A DNA stretch of 64,000 bases from Rhizodiscina lignyota. Its lineage: Eukaryota. Shown here one piece after another: positions 24,907-37,766 of this stretch (the stretch's first letter is position 1; the number at the start of each line of letters is the position of its first letter). The position numbers were made by a program, and so were the translations under genes. Where the stretch lies: positions 186,001 to 250,000 of the forward strand of contig ML978133.1 in NCBI GenBank assembly GCA_010015805.1, in the 5' to 3' direction. Under the pieces are notes generated by a model that searched no databases, was not told where the DNA came from, and worked only from the letters and a program-made list of their open reading frames with translations.

Positions 24907-27900
24907 AGAAATAGTTGAAATCATCGAGGAAAGGGATCCGAACGAGATTGATTGGGATACCTGGCAAGGTATGAATTCGAAGGAGCGTAGAAGGGCTCTC
25001 AAAGACGGTAAAAAGGAGCCTACCAGACCGCTCACCCCTCCGCCAGAGCCAGAGCCAGAGCCAGAACCAGAGCCTCCAATGGTTGAAGTTCTTGAGGAAA
25101 AGGATCCCAACGAGATTGATTGGGATGTCTGGCAGGGTATGAATACGAAGGAGCGTAGAAGGGCTCTGAAGGACGGTAAAAAGGAGCCCACCAGACCGCC
25201 TACTCCTCCGTCGGAGCCAGAGCCAGAACCAGAACCCGTTATTGAAGAAAAAGACCCCAACGAGATCGAGTGGGAGGTGTGGGAGCTCATGAGCAGCAAG
25301 GATCGCAAGAGAGCGCTCAAGAACGGCAAGAAAGAGCCGAAACCACCAGCACCTCTAGCTTTCGAGCCTGAGCCTGAACCTGAGCCTGAACCTGTGCCGG
25401 AGCCAGAGCCTATCATGGAGATCGTGGAGGAGAGAGACCCCAATGAGATCGATTGGGACACTTGGCAGCTCATGAGCAGCAAAGACCGCAAGAGAGCCCT
25501 CAAGAACGGCAAGAAAGAGCCCAAACCTCCCGCGATCGAGGTTCCAAAAGAACCAGAGTGGGAGCCGGAGCCGGAGCCGGAGCCAATGCCTGAGCCTGAG
25601 CCTGTTCAAGAGGAAAAGGACCCGAATGAGATCGAGTGGGACATGTGGCAGTACATGACTCCTAAAGAGCGCAGGAAGGCGCTGAAGGATGGCAAGAAAG
25701 AGCCGAAACCGCCGTCAGCTGTACCCGAAGTTATCGCGCCGCCGCCGCCACCTCCTCCACCTGAGCCAGTCAAAGAAGAGAAGGATCCCAATGAGATTGA
25801 CTGGGACACTTGGAACTTTATGACCTCTAAAGAAAAGAGGAAAGCTCTCAAGGAAGGCAAAAAGGAGCCCACAAGGCCATCAGAGAAAGCTGCCAAGACC
25901 GAGGTTGATGTCGACCCTCTCGCTGCGTACGAGCCAATCAAAGATCCCACGGATGACTGGACTGATGTCTGGGGCTCAACGTCTGTGAAGAAGAAGTCCG
26001 TGTCTATACCACCTCCCCCTAAGGATGATATCCTTGGCAAAGCTACAACTCTGAGCTCGAACAAAGACGATGAATGGGGTGGTGACTGGCTTAGCCTTGG
26101 CAAGAATGACAAGAAAAAGAAGAACGAAATCCCTTCCAACGACATTCCTTCCATACCAGATCCCGCTGCAGACACCGATGCTTGGGGGAGCGCAACGTTT
26201 GGGAGCTTCTGGGGCAGCTCCAAGAAAGATGACAAGGCAAAGAAAGAACCAAAGGCTGATCCGTTCGAGAACATGCTCGGAAACAAGAAAGCACAAAAAC
26301 CGGATGAGGTCGACGAAGGCAATGATGATTGGCTTGGCTTTACCACCACTACAAGCAAGAAGGGCAAGAAAGACAAGAAGGGTCCCATCGAAGTTGCCGA
26401 GACGACATCAGGAATTGCCATGATGCCCGACTCAGTGACCGAGGACAAGTCCAATCCGGAGGATGAAGGGTTCCTGGGCATTTGGGGCTATGGCAACAAG
26501 AAGAAGAATAAGAAGGGCATTGTTGTTCAAGACGCAGATGCTCCGCCTGCTCCAACTCCACCCGGAGAGAAAGAGGAGAAAGAGCCCGACACCGGAATGA
26601 AAGCTATCGAAGCTTCTGATGAGATTTGGGGTGCTGCAGCCGGAAAGAAAACCAAGAAGGGCAAGAAGGATAGCGTTAGCCAGGCTTCCGATCCTCCCCT
26701 GAGCCGGACTGTCACCAAGGAGAGCAAATCCCCCAAATCATCAGCTGACAATGTCCTTCCGCCGCTCAGCAGGACACTCACCAAGGACAGCAAATCTTCA
26801 AAATTAGGAGCCGATGATGTTATTTCGTCGCTTAGCAGGACTGTCACCAGAGAGAGCAAGTACGGGTCCCCCAAAACATCAGCTGACAACGTTCTTCCGC
26901 CGCTCAGCAGGACACTCACAAGGGAGAGCAAGTCTTCGAAAGCAGCTGCAGACGATGTTCTTCCCTCACTTAGCAGGTCGCTCACCAAAGAGAGCAAGTC
27001 GTCCAAGACCGCAGCTGATGATCTTCTGAACTTCTTGGATGATCCAATTCCACCGGTTGAGCCAAAGGAAGAAGCCAAGGTCGAGACGCCGGCAGCAGCT
27101 GCACGGAGCATCTGGGGCAGTTGGGGTTCATCGAAGCCAGCGACTCCTGCTCCCGCGAAGCCCCTGACTGCGAGGGAGAGACTGAAGGCCGAGAAGGAGC
27201 GGATAGCCAAAGAGAAGGAAGAGAAGGCTCGCAAAGACGAGGAAAAGCGATTGGCAAGGGAAGAAGAAGAGCGTTTGCAGCAAGAGGAAGAGGAAAGGCT
27301 GCAGCGGGAGAAGGGGGAGGCGGAAGAGAAAGCGCGAAAGGAAGCAGAAGCGGCCGCGAAGAAGCCAAAGACCAAGGCAGAACTCCGTGCTGAAGCAAAG
27401 GCGGCTAAGGAGGCGGCTAAGGAGGCGAAGAAGAAGGGCAAGAAGGAACCTGAACCTGAGCCTGAGCCTGAGCCCATCGTCGTTCCCGAGCCAGAACCAG
27501 AGCCGGAACCATATTTCGCCGATTTCGCTGAAGAGCCGATGGCGGCGTGGAACTCTGACAAGACGAGCGCGGATGCCGCACCATCCTGGGGTATATGGGG
27601 GGTGAATCTGAAGAGCACCAAGAAGTCCGGCGCTAAGACCGATATGGCCGCAGCCCCGCCAGCCAATCAAGACATCGTAATTACCGAAGATGCGCCGAAG
27701 GCTCCAGAAGCATCCAACGTCCGCGAAGCCACTTTGCCTCTTGACACATTACTCACCAAGACCGCGTCAGCATCTTCTACAAAATCAACCAAAGCCACAC
27801 CTAAAGGTTCTGTCGCAGACCGTATCCGGGCGTTGGAGAAGGAGAAATTGAAGAAGAAGGAAAAAGCTGCTCTTGAAGAAATTGCCCCACTTCCGCCTCC

Positions 27901-30202
27901 ACCTCCACCACCAGAACCCGAACCAGAGGCTATAGAGGTCGTACCCGAACCGCCACCTGTCATTCTCGACAAAAAAGCTGCGCGACGTGCTGCAAAGGCT
28001 GCCGAGAAAGCGAGGAAAGCTGCTGAAGAAGCCGAGGCCGAAGCTGCTGAAATCTTAGTTATTCCTGAGGAGCCTCCGAAAACTCAAAGTCCGTTGCCTG
28101 GCTTGTTCCCCGAAGACGAAGAGGAAGAGGAAGAATTTTTTGTGCCTCCACCGCCTCCACCTCCTGTAGAAGATTTTAATATGGGCAAATCCGCTGCTGC
28201 CGTTCGCAAAGCCGAGAAAAAGAGCAAAAAGGCCGCCAAAGCCGAAGCTCTCCCGCCGCCACCACCGCCGCCTCCGGTTGAAATCGTGGAAGAAGGCACA
28301 CGCGCCTCTGGTAGCACAACTGCTGTTGAGGATCCTGCCAGGCCGCCAACTCCACCTCCGGAGGAGACCGAAGACGAACAGTTCAGTACGCCACCCCAAG
28401 CAAAGAAGGAACGCCCCAAGGTTGTGCGGAACGGTACGACCTCCTGGGGAATGTGGGGCTCATCTACTCCGAGGTCCTCTAGGCCTGTCATGGCATCTCG
28501 TATGAAGGAAGTCAATCCGGAGAAAGAGAAAGTCATCCCCCCTGCGCAAACGCGTCTAAAGCCTGCTCGCAAGGCCAGTGACAAAGACAAGGTTGAAACG
28601 AAATCGTCCGAGTCAGAAAAGGCCGACAAGACTGCCAAACCTGCCATGGCGTCTCGACCAAAGTCTTCAAGGGCTAACACTGGCTTCTCGCTCTTTAGTC
28701 CCCCACCACCTCAACGCTCGCGATCGATGCGCGAGAGCAAGGTCGCGTCCAGAGGTGCATCTGTAGACCGTGGTATTCCCACTCCGCCACCCGAAGATGA
28801 GCCGCCAAGGATCAGTGGCAAGGCTGCCAAGATCATGGGCGTCCGCGAGGGTCGCAAGTCCTCGTCTAAGAAAGACAGGAGGAAGTCTGCGCCAGACCCA
28901 TACGCCCTCCCAAGTGACTTGAGCGGCGATGGTGATGAAACCGAGGCAATTGTCGATGTCCCTCCACCTCCACCGATTGAGAAAGTGTCGAGTAAGAAGT
29001 CGAAGCGCCAGTCAATGCCAGTCGCGCCTCCTGCTGGCGACTTGCTCGATATGGGTGACTTTGGCCCTGGCGCACCCGTCGTACCACCTGTAACGCTTGC
29101 TTTCGAGGATACGCCATCAAAGCGACCACCATTGCAGCGGGCCAACACCACGAATCCTGCGCGCAAGTCGACTGGCGGCTTCATGGCGGGCATGTTTGGA
29201 GCATCGTCTAGTCGGCGTGACACTCGCCCTCCGCAGGCTTCACGTAATCGGACGGGAAGTTCGCATCCCGGATACGAAAGTGAAGGCGGCACTTCACGTC
29301 GCATGCAGACTGCTTACGACGACGACCAATCCCGACGCATTCGCCGGGAAAGCCGCAAGGTGGCCGACGCTGCGACGGATGCTGAGACCGAAGCTCGCCG
29401 CGCTGAGCGTAGAGCTAGGCGCGCTGAACGAGAACAGCGCAAGGAGAGGGATGAGTACGATTCGAAGAAGTCGCGCGCAAGAGACGCGCGAGATCGCGAG
29501 ACTCGTGAAGAGGAAGAGCGTGAGGCGCGTCGTCAAGCGCGCAGAGCCGCTCGAGAGGAGCGCAAGGCTGCAGAGGCTGCAGCGCAGCGCGAAGAAGAGG
29601 CCCGAGAACTTGACCGGAGAGCCAGGCGCAAAGAGCGCGAGGCTGAGAAGGAACGCCAGCGCATTGAGCGAGCTCGAACTGAGAAGACCGACCGAAGGCG
29701 ATCTGAAGTCCCTCCACCTGAGGCTGATGAAGAGCGCCGCGCGAGAAAGAGAGCTCAAAGGAAGTCGCTTGCACCTGAGGATGCCAATGCAAACCGCCCG
29801 TATCTCTCAAACGGCGGTGACAAGACTTCCTCGTGGGTCGATCAGATCAACGCGGAGCCTCCACCACCACCACCGATTGAAGGGACGGTCCTCGAGCCGG
29901 GGCCAGACTTGAACATAGACCACGGCGAGGGTGCTGAGAATGTACGAGAGGAAGAGAGGATATACAATGAAATGAAGCGCAAGACTCCAAAGGATCCATT
30001 GAAGCGCCGCGACAGCCATCGCGACCGTGAGAGAGACGATAGGCGCCGCGACAAGCGCCGTGAAGAAAAGAAGAGCAGTGACGGGAGTGGTGGAGCAGAC
30101 AGGAGGCGGAGCACCGCATATGGATATGATGACAGAGAGAGGCCGAGAGAACGCCCTGCTGTAGGTGGCAGGAGGCAGAGTTGGTTCCAGAAGATATTCT
30201 AG
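22234..30202 (+). CDS. Giant (~2,630 aa) repetitive, largely disordered protein of unknown function
   Basis: Exon 1 22234-22419, intron 22420-22483 (GTGAGC..GCTAAT..TAG, phase 0), then a 7.7-kb open exon. Contains PPxY motifs, WG/KK-rich tracts, two repeat arrays, PE/poly-P linkers, R/E coiled coils and a C-terminal SWFQKIF. Confidence 0.85.
23869..25880 (+). repeat. 12 copies of a ~33-aa coding repeat separated by (PE)n linkers
   Basis: Consensus E(K/R)DPNEI(D/E)W(D/E)xWQxMxxK(D/E)R(K/R)(K/R)AL(K/R)xG(K/R)KEP counted 12 times in the ORF translation. Confidence 0.92.
26687..27030 (+). repeat. 5 copies of a ~22-aa coding repeat
   Basis: Units such as D(N/D)VLPPLSRT(L/V)T(K/R)ESKSSK. Confidence 0.85.
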
Positions 30203-30697
30203 TCTCCACTGAGCAACATGGAGCGGTATTGTATTTCGGATTCTTGATTGTTTTGAGTTAGAGATACCTGCGCCTACGCGCTGTTGGATGTTTGGATGCT
30301 TCTTATCTGTCGTTAATGTCAGCCTGCTGAGCCGGCCCTCACAGGTTTTTTGGTGGCACTTACGGATGGACATGGATGTTCGATTCTTTACAAATACCCC
30401 ACTTCATGTTGTAGTTCGAATGAAAGAGACACTTTTAATTTCGAGAGGATTACGGTTGCAGGACATAATAAGAAGTGCATGAATATTTATTCTCCTTGAC
30501 AGCCAGCAACGTCGGATGGTGCGAACAGGTGATGTTAACCAATCTCGTAGGGCCACATCGCGACGCGTTGCGGATCGCTGGGATGAACATGCACGACGAC
30601 CATTACGATCCCGCCCGTGCACCGTACATGATGCTGCAGAAGTCACAACAACTGAATTTGCTTTTGGTCTTTCAAAGAGAAATACAACGCACGAAGC

Positions 30698-31514
30698 TTA
30701 ACCCCTGCCCGAGGATGCCACCTGGTCATCCTCCGTACGCTCATAATACCACTTGGGATCCTCCTCCCATGGACAGTACTGACTGTGATTACAACTGGCG
30801 TGCATCTTCCAGGTCACCTCAAGCACGTCCTTCCAGAACTGGACCGGCGCATGATTCCAGTCCCTTGGCTGACCGTGAGTGGCAATGGGGACGCAGTCAC
30901 GGCTACCAAAATACGCATACATGTCGACCAGCAAACGCCACAACGGCGAAGACTCTAAGCCGTCGGTGACCAGTGATTCCGCAAGATCCGAAGGGAAGCT
31001 TTTCGAAATAATGATTCGGTCGATGAATCCCTTTATGGTGGCGTTTTTGGCGTGGCGATCTTGCACCATGTTTGCGAAACAGTAAAGACCATAGAGGAGT
31101 CTGAATTCCCGAGCATCGTGAAGTCGACTCGGATCTCTTCTATCATCGGCCGGGCTTGTTCTGATGTAATGGATGCTTTGTTCCGAGTACAGCCATTGCA
31201 AGTATAGCTCAACAACGTCTTTCTTCTCGTGCGGGAGGTTGATAATCTCGTGCGGTTTGTTGGCTTTCTTCCTTCTCCACTCTTCCTTCAGTCTATTGCG
31301 GAAAAAGGTTGATGATTTCCGGAGGACGCTCTCGTGGACGAGGAATGAGTGCTTCTCTGGACCAATTAAGAGTTGAATGACTCCACCCGTCAATCTACTT
31401 CCAGATCAGTCTCCATAATCACCTTACAGGTAATTGCAAGACGCACATTATTCCATTGTGTGGATTATTGGTAAGTAGAGGTGACTGAACTGGGCGCTGA
31501 TCCATATTCGACAT
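30698..31514 (-). CDS. BTB/POZ-domain protein
   Basis: VIQLLIGPEKHSFLVHESVLRKSSTFF..EEW..INLP..VVELYLQWLY, then LYCFANMVQDRHAKNA. Exon 1 31514-31447 and intron 31446-31395 (phase 2) join in frame. Confidence 0.82.
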
Positions 31515-32036
31515 CGATTCTTCAAGATGGCGGGTTTCCTCTTGTCGAAACCAGTGCGGATAGTCTGAGATCTGAGCTCCGCGGTTAGCGTTTATTCACA
31601 AGAGAACAGCAGGACATTACTTGATATCTCATTCTCGAGGCCAGAAGTCTTCAGTGTCGTTATGAATAAGATGCTCAGTTCGTAAATATGCTTAGTTTGT
31701 CTAAAGCGGAACAACGAATGTAACTGCAGTCGGTTGAGACAGAACGATTGATGCTTTTGAAAATGCTCGACTAGTGGTGAAGGCAGGGAAGACATGTATG
31801 TAATGCAACGCAAAAAGGACTTTTGTTGTTAAACAGAAGATCAAATGTGCAAACGCCAGTCAAGGAAACCACGGCCCTCCCAGTGTATTATATGGAAGCG
31901 GCGAACGCGCTCCATCTTCGTTTGAACTCCGAACTCCAAATATCCCGATCAGACAATAGGCATCAATTCCAATGCCAGCCCCGCCGAATCATCGATCCAA
32001 ACTCGACGCACACGTTCTGCTTTCATGATGTCGGTA

Positions 32037-33368
32037 TCAAAGACATCTCTCTCCATCAGCATGATCATGGTAAGTGCACATCTTTCGCGTCCACAGCGGC
32101 TCCACAACCTTCCCTGGCAGACCACCGCTAATATCCAGAGCCCTACTCATGATATCCTTCCAGTACTTGTCCGGGTATGGCCGCAGATTGTTCGGCTTGG
32201 CCAATCCGGGGTCGAAGTGCTCCAGGATGACGCTTTGGTGATCAATGATGTACAAGTCAACAAGAAGCTTGATGAGAGCGCAATTTGATGGAAAACGGTT
32301 GCGATACGCCCAAGGAATGATGTTGTCCAAATAGAACTCGTCGCGAAGGACCATCTCGGTCATAGAGTCGATAATGGCGTTTCGGAAACTGGAGTCGCGG
32401 GCAACGACTCCAAGCTTGTAAGCCTCTGCGAGAAGATAGATCTCTCGGGAGAGTACAGTCTCCACGGTTTCAGTTGGCGAAGCCTCGCAGATGCTGAAGA
32501 TGTTTCGTGCATACATCCACTTCGAATAGAGGCGCACCGCGTCGAAGCTGCAATCCTTGAAGCTTATTCGAAAAGCATATGGCTGCTCTCTGATGAAAGT
32601 AGAGGTCGTGCAGGCGAGTGCACGGTGCACAAGGGCGCATGAACCATTTCCAACGTCAAGGCCTACTAGAATCTTGTCCTTCTTGTCGACTGACACAAGA
32701 TTGTTCAGGCTGCACAAGTTAGCGAAAGTCAGGAATTCCAAATGCAAGACGTACTATTCTCCATCCTCTGCGGATTTGCGCATTGGAGCCGTCTCATATC
32801 GAGGCAGCATAGTGTACCGATTCTTGGAAAGCTTTGCTTGAGCAAAAGGACGCTCCTCAGAATTTCGAACCATATTTCTCGTTTGGTTTTGCGGTGGAAC
32901 CGGACCGCGATTCTCCTGAGGAAGAGGATTTGCAGACTTGTGATTTCTTGCAGCTGCTTGATCCTTCGCGTGCATATGTGTATCTTGTTGCTGCTTGAGT
33001 TTCGTTCTTGGGCTGGCGCGGTCCGAGGAATGCGTCACTCTGTCTTGACCATTTTTTCGATTACCCAACTCTGATGGCTCGTCGTCCGCAATAGCCCAAT
33101 TGGTTGCATGGAATTTGGGTGCATCTGTGCTGGCGAAGCTCCATCTACTTGCCGCCGGAGAACCTCGCGAATCCGACAGAGCAACATCTGTGTTCAAGTG
33201 TACATGAGAGCGTAACCATTTATAAACTTTGCTAAAGCAGCTTTGAGACTCACGCGACCAACTGTCGCCAGCGTCCGAAGGAATCGGGCCTGCCGTAGGC
33301 TGGAGATCATGGCCCTGAATAAAATTATCAGGCATTGTTTTGTGTGTTGTCACATCGCGGCGAGACAT
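32037..33368 (-). CDS. Divergent BTB/POZ-like protein with a long disordered N-terminus
   Basis: ILVGLDVGNGSCALVHRALACTTSTF..FDAVRLYSKWMY..LAEAYKLG..DSSFRNAIID..LIKLLVDLY..CTYHDH. The upstream ORF joins via a GTACGT..GCTAAC..CAG intron at ~32754-32710. Confidence 0.7.
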
Positions 33369-33874
33369 GGTGGGACTTACTTGAGTCTGAGGCGAGTTGG
33401 GACTGGATAGCGTGTTAGCTTCGAGATCTAAAATGGCTGATCTGATCCTTACGGTGTTTTCATATCCCGGAGAGAGCAAGTGCAGCGACGAGCATGGCGG
33501 CCGCAGGAACCACACCGCATCGTATTTTTGTGATTTTGAGAGTAGTTGAGGGTGTGGAGAACAAATAGTCCGCTTGCGCGAGCTATGACTGAGAGCACGG
33601 CCAAGTCAAACGCGCCCAAAAAACATCTAGCGATCAATTTTGGGTAGGCGAAAGATAGCCTCGAATGTAAAAGAAGGAAGAACGAAAGCCCGAGAGATTT
33701 GGGAGCTTTCGCGAGATTTGTGCGTAGGGAAAATCTCGTAAAGGTGCGCACTTGGTTGGGTGTTCGAAAATGGGTGAGGTAGGAGAGGAAGAGACTGGGC
33801 TCAAAGTTTGATACAGTGACACCAATAAACCCGCCAAGGAACGCGTCGTGTTAACAACACAGACTAATTTGACG

Positions 33875-34673
33875 TCATGCCTCGATTTTCAGCTTCGATA
33901 CATCGATCGACTCGTCCCCATCATCTTCCTCTTCGCCCTTACCAGCCAGACCTCTCTCCCATAGTTGCTTGCCTGTTAACCGTACCTCCTCCTTCATGGC
34001 TCGCCTCTTCTTATCTTCTGCAAGCATTTCCTCTTGCCGCCGCTTCTCTGCCTCCTCAATCTCCAGTCTGAACTTCTCCCTCCATGCTAGAAACGATTCC
34101 CTCGTGACCGCCGATCCATGGAACTTGGCGTTCTCTTCCTCCTCTGCCTGGGCAGCCTCGAATTCCTTTTGTGCTTGAACAGCCTTCTGACGTTCCGCTA
34201 TCAGGAGCTCCGCACCATCCTTGAGAGTGCTGACGAGCGTGAATATCATTGCCATGCCCATATTCTCCTCGATTGTGGGTTCCAGAGCTTCAAGAAGCCG
34301 CGCTTTGTCTTCTTGAATATCGAGATGCTTGTGCTTCGGCGCATTTGGAGGGGTCGAGAGGTCGAGTCTTGGAGCTTCATCGGGGTAGTTCTCTGGGTAT
34401 TGCACTTGTAGTATTATCGTCGCTGTAGAAGGTACGGATAAGCAGTCCTGCCATAGTGTCGAGCTTTAAAAGGGACGCCATACGTGGCTCCGAATCGTCA
34501 CCATCTTCGTTTGTTACATCGAGGCTGATTGAAATACGATATTCGGTCTCCGAGACGTCTGAACCTTACTTAGCCAATACTTTCAACAGATTGTGAGAGA
34601 GCGCACCTGTGATTTCGTCTGGAAATATCGAGTCCAAGACCTCTCTCTCCTCCTTCTGCTCCTCTATCCCCAT
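33875..34673 (-). CDS. GIR2: RWD-domain protein (GIR2/RWDD1 family)
   Basis: MGIEEQKEEREVLDSIFPDEI, YPENYPDEAP (YPxxxP), ENMGMAMIFTLVS, FHGSAVTRESFLAWREKF and LTGKQLWE. Two introns. Confidence 0.9.
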
Positions 34674-35043
34674 GATGTTACTCTTCAGATGAGCTGGCAG
34701 TACAGCTGGTAGAGGATTGCCACTCTTAAAAGCAGTGTATCTTCAAAACTTCGGAAGGAACTTCGTATCTTGGCCACTTACAACAAGTAGCAAGTAAGGA
34801 AGTCATGCGCACAAGCGATCATATTTTGGAGATTTTGCGAGTCATGGCCTCGAGGTTATGAAGTATCGTATCAAAAATGTCATTTTCAGCCTAGCGCAAA
34901 ATTACGGATCTAAGACGAGGTATTTTCCAGAAGAGGTAACTACACATGTGGTTCGTCGCTGCCTTTGCACAACACCACTCCGGTGAAGCTACTTATCTTC
35001 GCAGCTTATTCAATTGTTATGGACTTCATCCTAAACCGTCGAA

Positions 35044-37412
35044 ATGTCAAAAAAAGACCCAGAGCTAGAAGAGAAACGGCGCTTCTTTGCCCGGCTCGAC
35101 GCAATCGGCAGAGACGACGATGAAGAAGTTGATGAAGGCCTAGAAGAATCTCAAGCATTTCTTGCCGCTGCTAGAGCCAAACCCAAGCGACCACGTACAG
35201 CACCGGGTGGTACTCGGGTCAACAAAGCCAATACCAATTCTGTACGATTTGAGCCCGAGCAAAGTTCAGGTCTAAAGCGCACTGCATCCGCACCTGACAA
35301 GTTGAAGGGAGCCAAAGCTTCACACAAGCCAAAGGCTTCCTCATTTAGTACGTCCAAGACTACTCTAAGTAAGGAAAACTCATCGGCACTTTCACTCTCA
35401 CGAAGCCTTTCAGCAATCGGGCCTGCTGCAAATCCGTCTGGCCGGAAGAGGAAACGAGAAGAGGCCATCAAGATGGTCCCAGAAGCACAGCGGATTTTTA
35501 AGGATAAGACCTTCTGTATGTTTCCTCAATCATGAATCATTTCACAATCTAATATTTCACAGTTTTCTTTCCAAATAACGATGCGAATGCCACTCGCAGA
35601 CTGCGAATCAGGAAAGCTCTGGAGTTCGGCGGTGCTCGGGCTGAAGAGTGGAATGACAAGATTACATATGTCATTGTGGACAAGGGAGCCAACTTCACTG
35701 ACCTTCTCAAACACCTTAAACTCATGAAGATTTCCGTGAGTTTCCGCACGTGTCACGATTCAGTTGTATAAGTTCTAACTTTGACAGCCAACAATCAAAG
35801 TCGTGAACGATACATACATTCCAGAGTGTGTTCGATACCACTGCGTGCTGGATGTCGACACCGCCCCATTTCAAGTACCCGGATACAAAGAAGTCATGGC
35901 GGAAGCATCAAATGGGAACACGGATAAGGTTTCAGCAATCTCGAACCCACAGCAATCTTCCTCCACCGAGTCCTCATTGGCATTGAAACCTCCTGGGCAT
36001 GGTGTACTTACTCGACCGGCGCAAACTCCGTCAAGGACAGATGAAAGCAGTATTGAGACTCATGAGCTTCCTCACATCCCTAAGCCAAAAGAGAATATCC
36101 CGACGATAAAACGAGCGGGAAATCCCACGTCCGAGTACAATGATGCGCTAGAGGAAGCCATTAACAAGACAAAGGCTTTTCAGGATATAGTGAGCATGCT
36201 GATTTGATCCCTTCAATGCTAAATCCTACTAACTAGACGCAGCCGATTGAAGATATCGAGGAGGACGGAAGTACCAGCCAACCACCTTCTACTCCTGCTT
36301 CTGATTCCGAATCAGATGATGAAAAGGCTGAAAAACTCGGCCCAAAACACCAGCACATGTCTTACCAAGAGAAGTTCCAATGCATGGGGAAGCATGATGG
36401 CAAAGAAAAAGAGGGAGAGTCTAATCCGAACGCGCATACCATTGAGATACTCGAGAAGATGGCCGATTACTACAATGGCATGAAGGATGAATGGCGCATT
36501 CGAGCTTATCGCAAGGCCATCTCGACTCTTCGAGGACAGACGAAGAAGATCGCGACGAAGCAAGAAGCAATGGCTTTGCCAAACATCGGCGAGAGGCTGG
36601 CAGCCAAGATTGAAGAGATTGTCCTCACTAGTCGCCTTCGCCGTCTTGATACCGTTCTGGCAGACACGACCGATGAGATACTTCGATGCTTCACAAAGAT
36701 ATATGGTGTCGGGGCCGTCCAAGCAGCGAAATGGATCGATCAAGGCTTCCGCTCTCTCGACGACTTGCGCGAGAAGGCGACGTTGACGAAGAATCAACAA
36801 ATCGGCATCGATCACTACGACGACTTCAACGCGCGCATCCCGCGATCAGAAGTCGAACAACTGGGCGCGATTGTGCGCAACGCCCTCAGAGCCATCGACC
36901 CGGCCTTCCAAGCCTTGATCATGGGCTCCTATCGTCGCGGCGCACAGGACAGCGGCGACATCGACATGTTGATCACGAAGCCGCACGAGTCGTTCGGCGC
37001 AATCCGCACCGTCGTACTCGAACAACTCGTCCCGAACCTCGTCAAGTCCAATTTCCTCCGCGCCGAGCTCGCTGCTACGTCCAGAGACACCGGTACGAAG
37101 TGGAACGGTGCATGCGCGCTTCCATTCGGTGGTGCGCCGTGGCGCCGCATCGACTTGTTGCTGGTGCCGTGGGACGAGATGGGGGCGGCGCAGATATACT
37201 TCACCGGCAATGATATCTTCAATCGAAGTATCCGGCTGCTGGCGAGCACGAAGGGCTTTCGGTTGAATCAGCATGGGCTGTTTAAGGATGTCATGAGGGG
37301 CAGGGGGAGGGTGAAACTGACCGATGGCACGTTGATCGAGTCGAAGAGTGAGAAGAAGATTTTCGAGATTCTGGGGGTGCCATGGAGGCCGCCGCAGCAT
37401 AGGATTTGCTGA
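35044..37412 (+). CDS. POL4: DNA polymerase X family (polymerase lambda/POL4) with BRCT domain
   Basis: BRCT-like exons (RIFKDKTF..ITYVIVD). 8-kDa lyase domain WRIRAYRKAISTLR, HhH LPNIGERLAAKIEEI, IYGVG, GSYRRGAQDSGDIDMLIT, RRIDLL, YFTGNDIFNRSIR and LNQHGL. Confidence 0.93.
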
Positions 37413-37766
37413 TCACTCGCTGATGTGCCAACTAATGGTTGCGCTACAGGTTTAATGTCGAACTCCTAAGCGCTGCGATTCTTCAGTATAGATACCACAT
37501 CTTCCTTATAGCCGTATAATGTCAATAGACACTGCGAAATCAACATGAGATTAATCATCCATTCATACTTTTGCTTGTGTTGAAGAACAAAACTCATTTG
37601 TTCTGCACCCTTTCGGCGTGCGTCAAGGCCAGCTTTTGGTCACGCTCAAGTCACTCTTCGATTCCGACGCAACAGAGTTCCCTAAACGACTGGCATCTAA
37701 GCGTAGATGCACTTATATGGCACATTACTTCTACATTCCAAGACCTGATCATTCGCTGCAGTCTTC

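Noticed and set aside
22951..25524. 857-aa minus-strand GS-rich ORF
   Set aside because: Antisense shadow of the PE/repeat region of the giant plus-strand gene; no independent coding signal.
23869..25880. Repeat-spacer periodicity resembling a CRISPR array
   Set aside because: The repeats are in-frame protein repeats with synonymous variation in a eukaryotic gene, and there are no cas genes.
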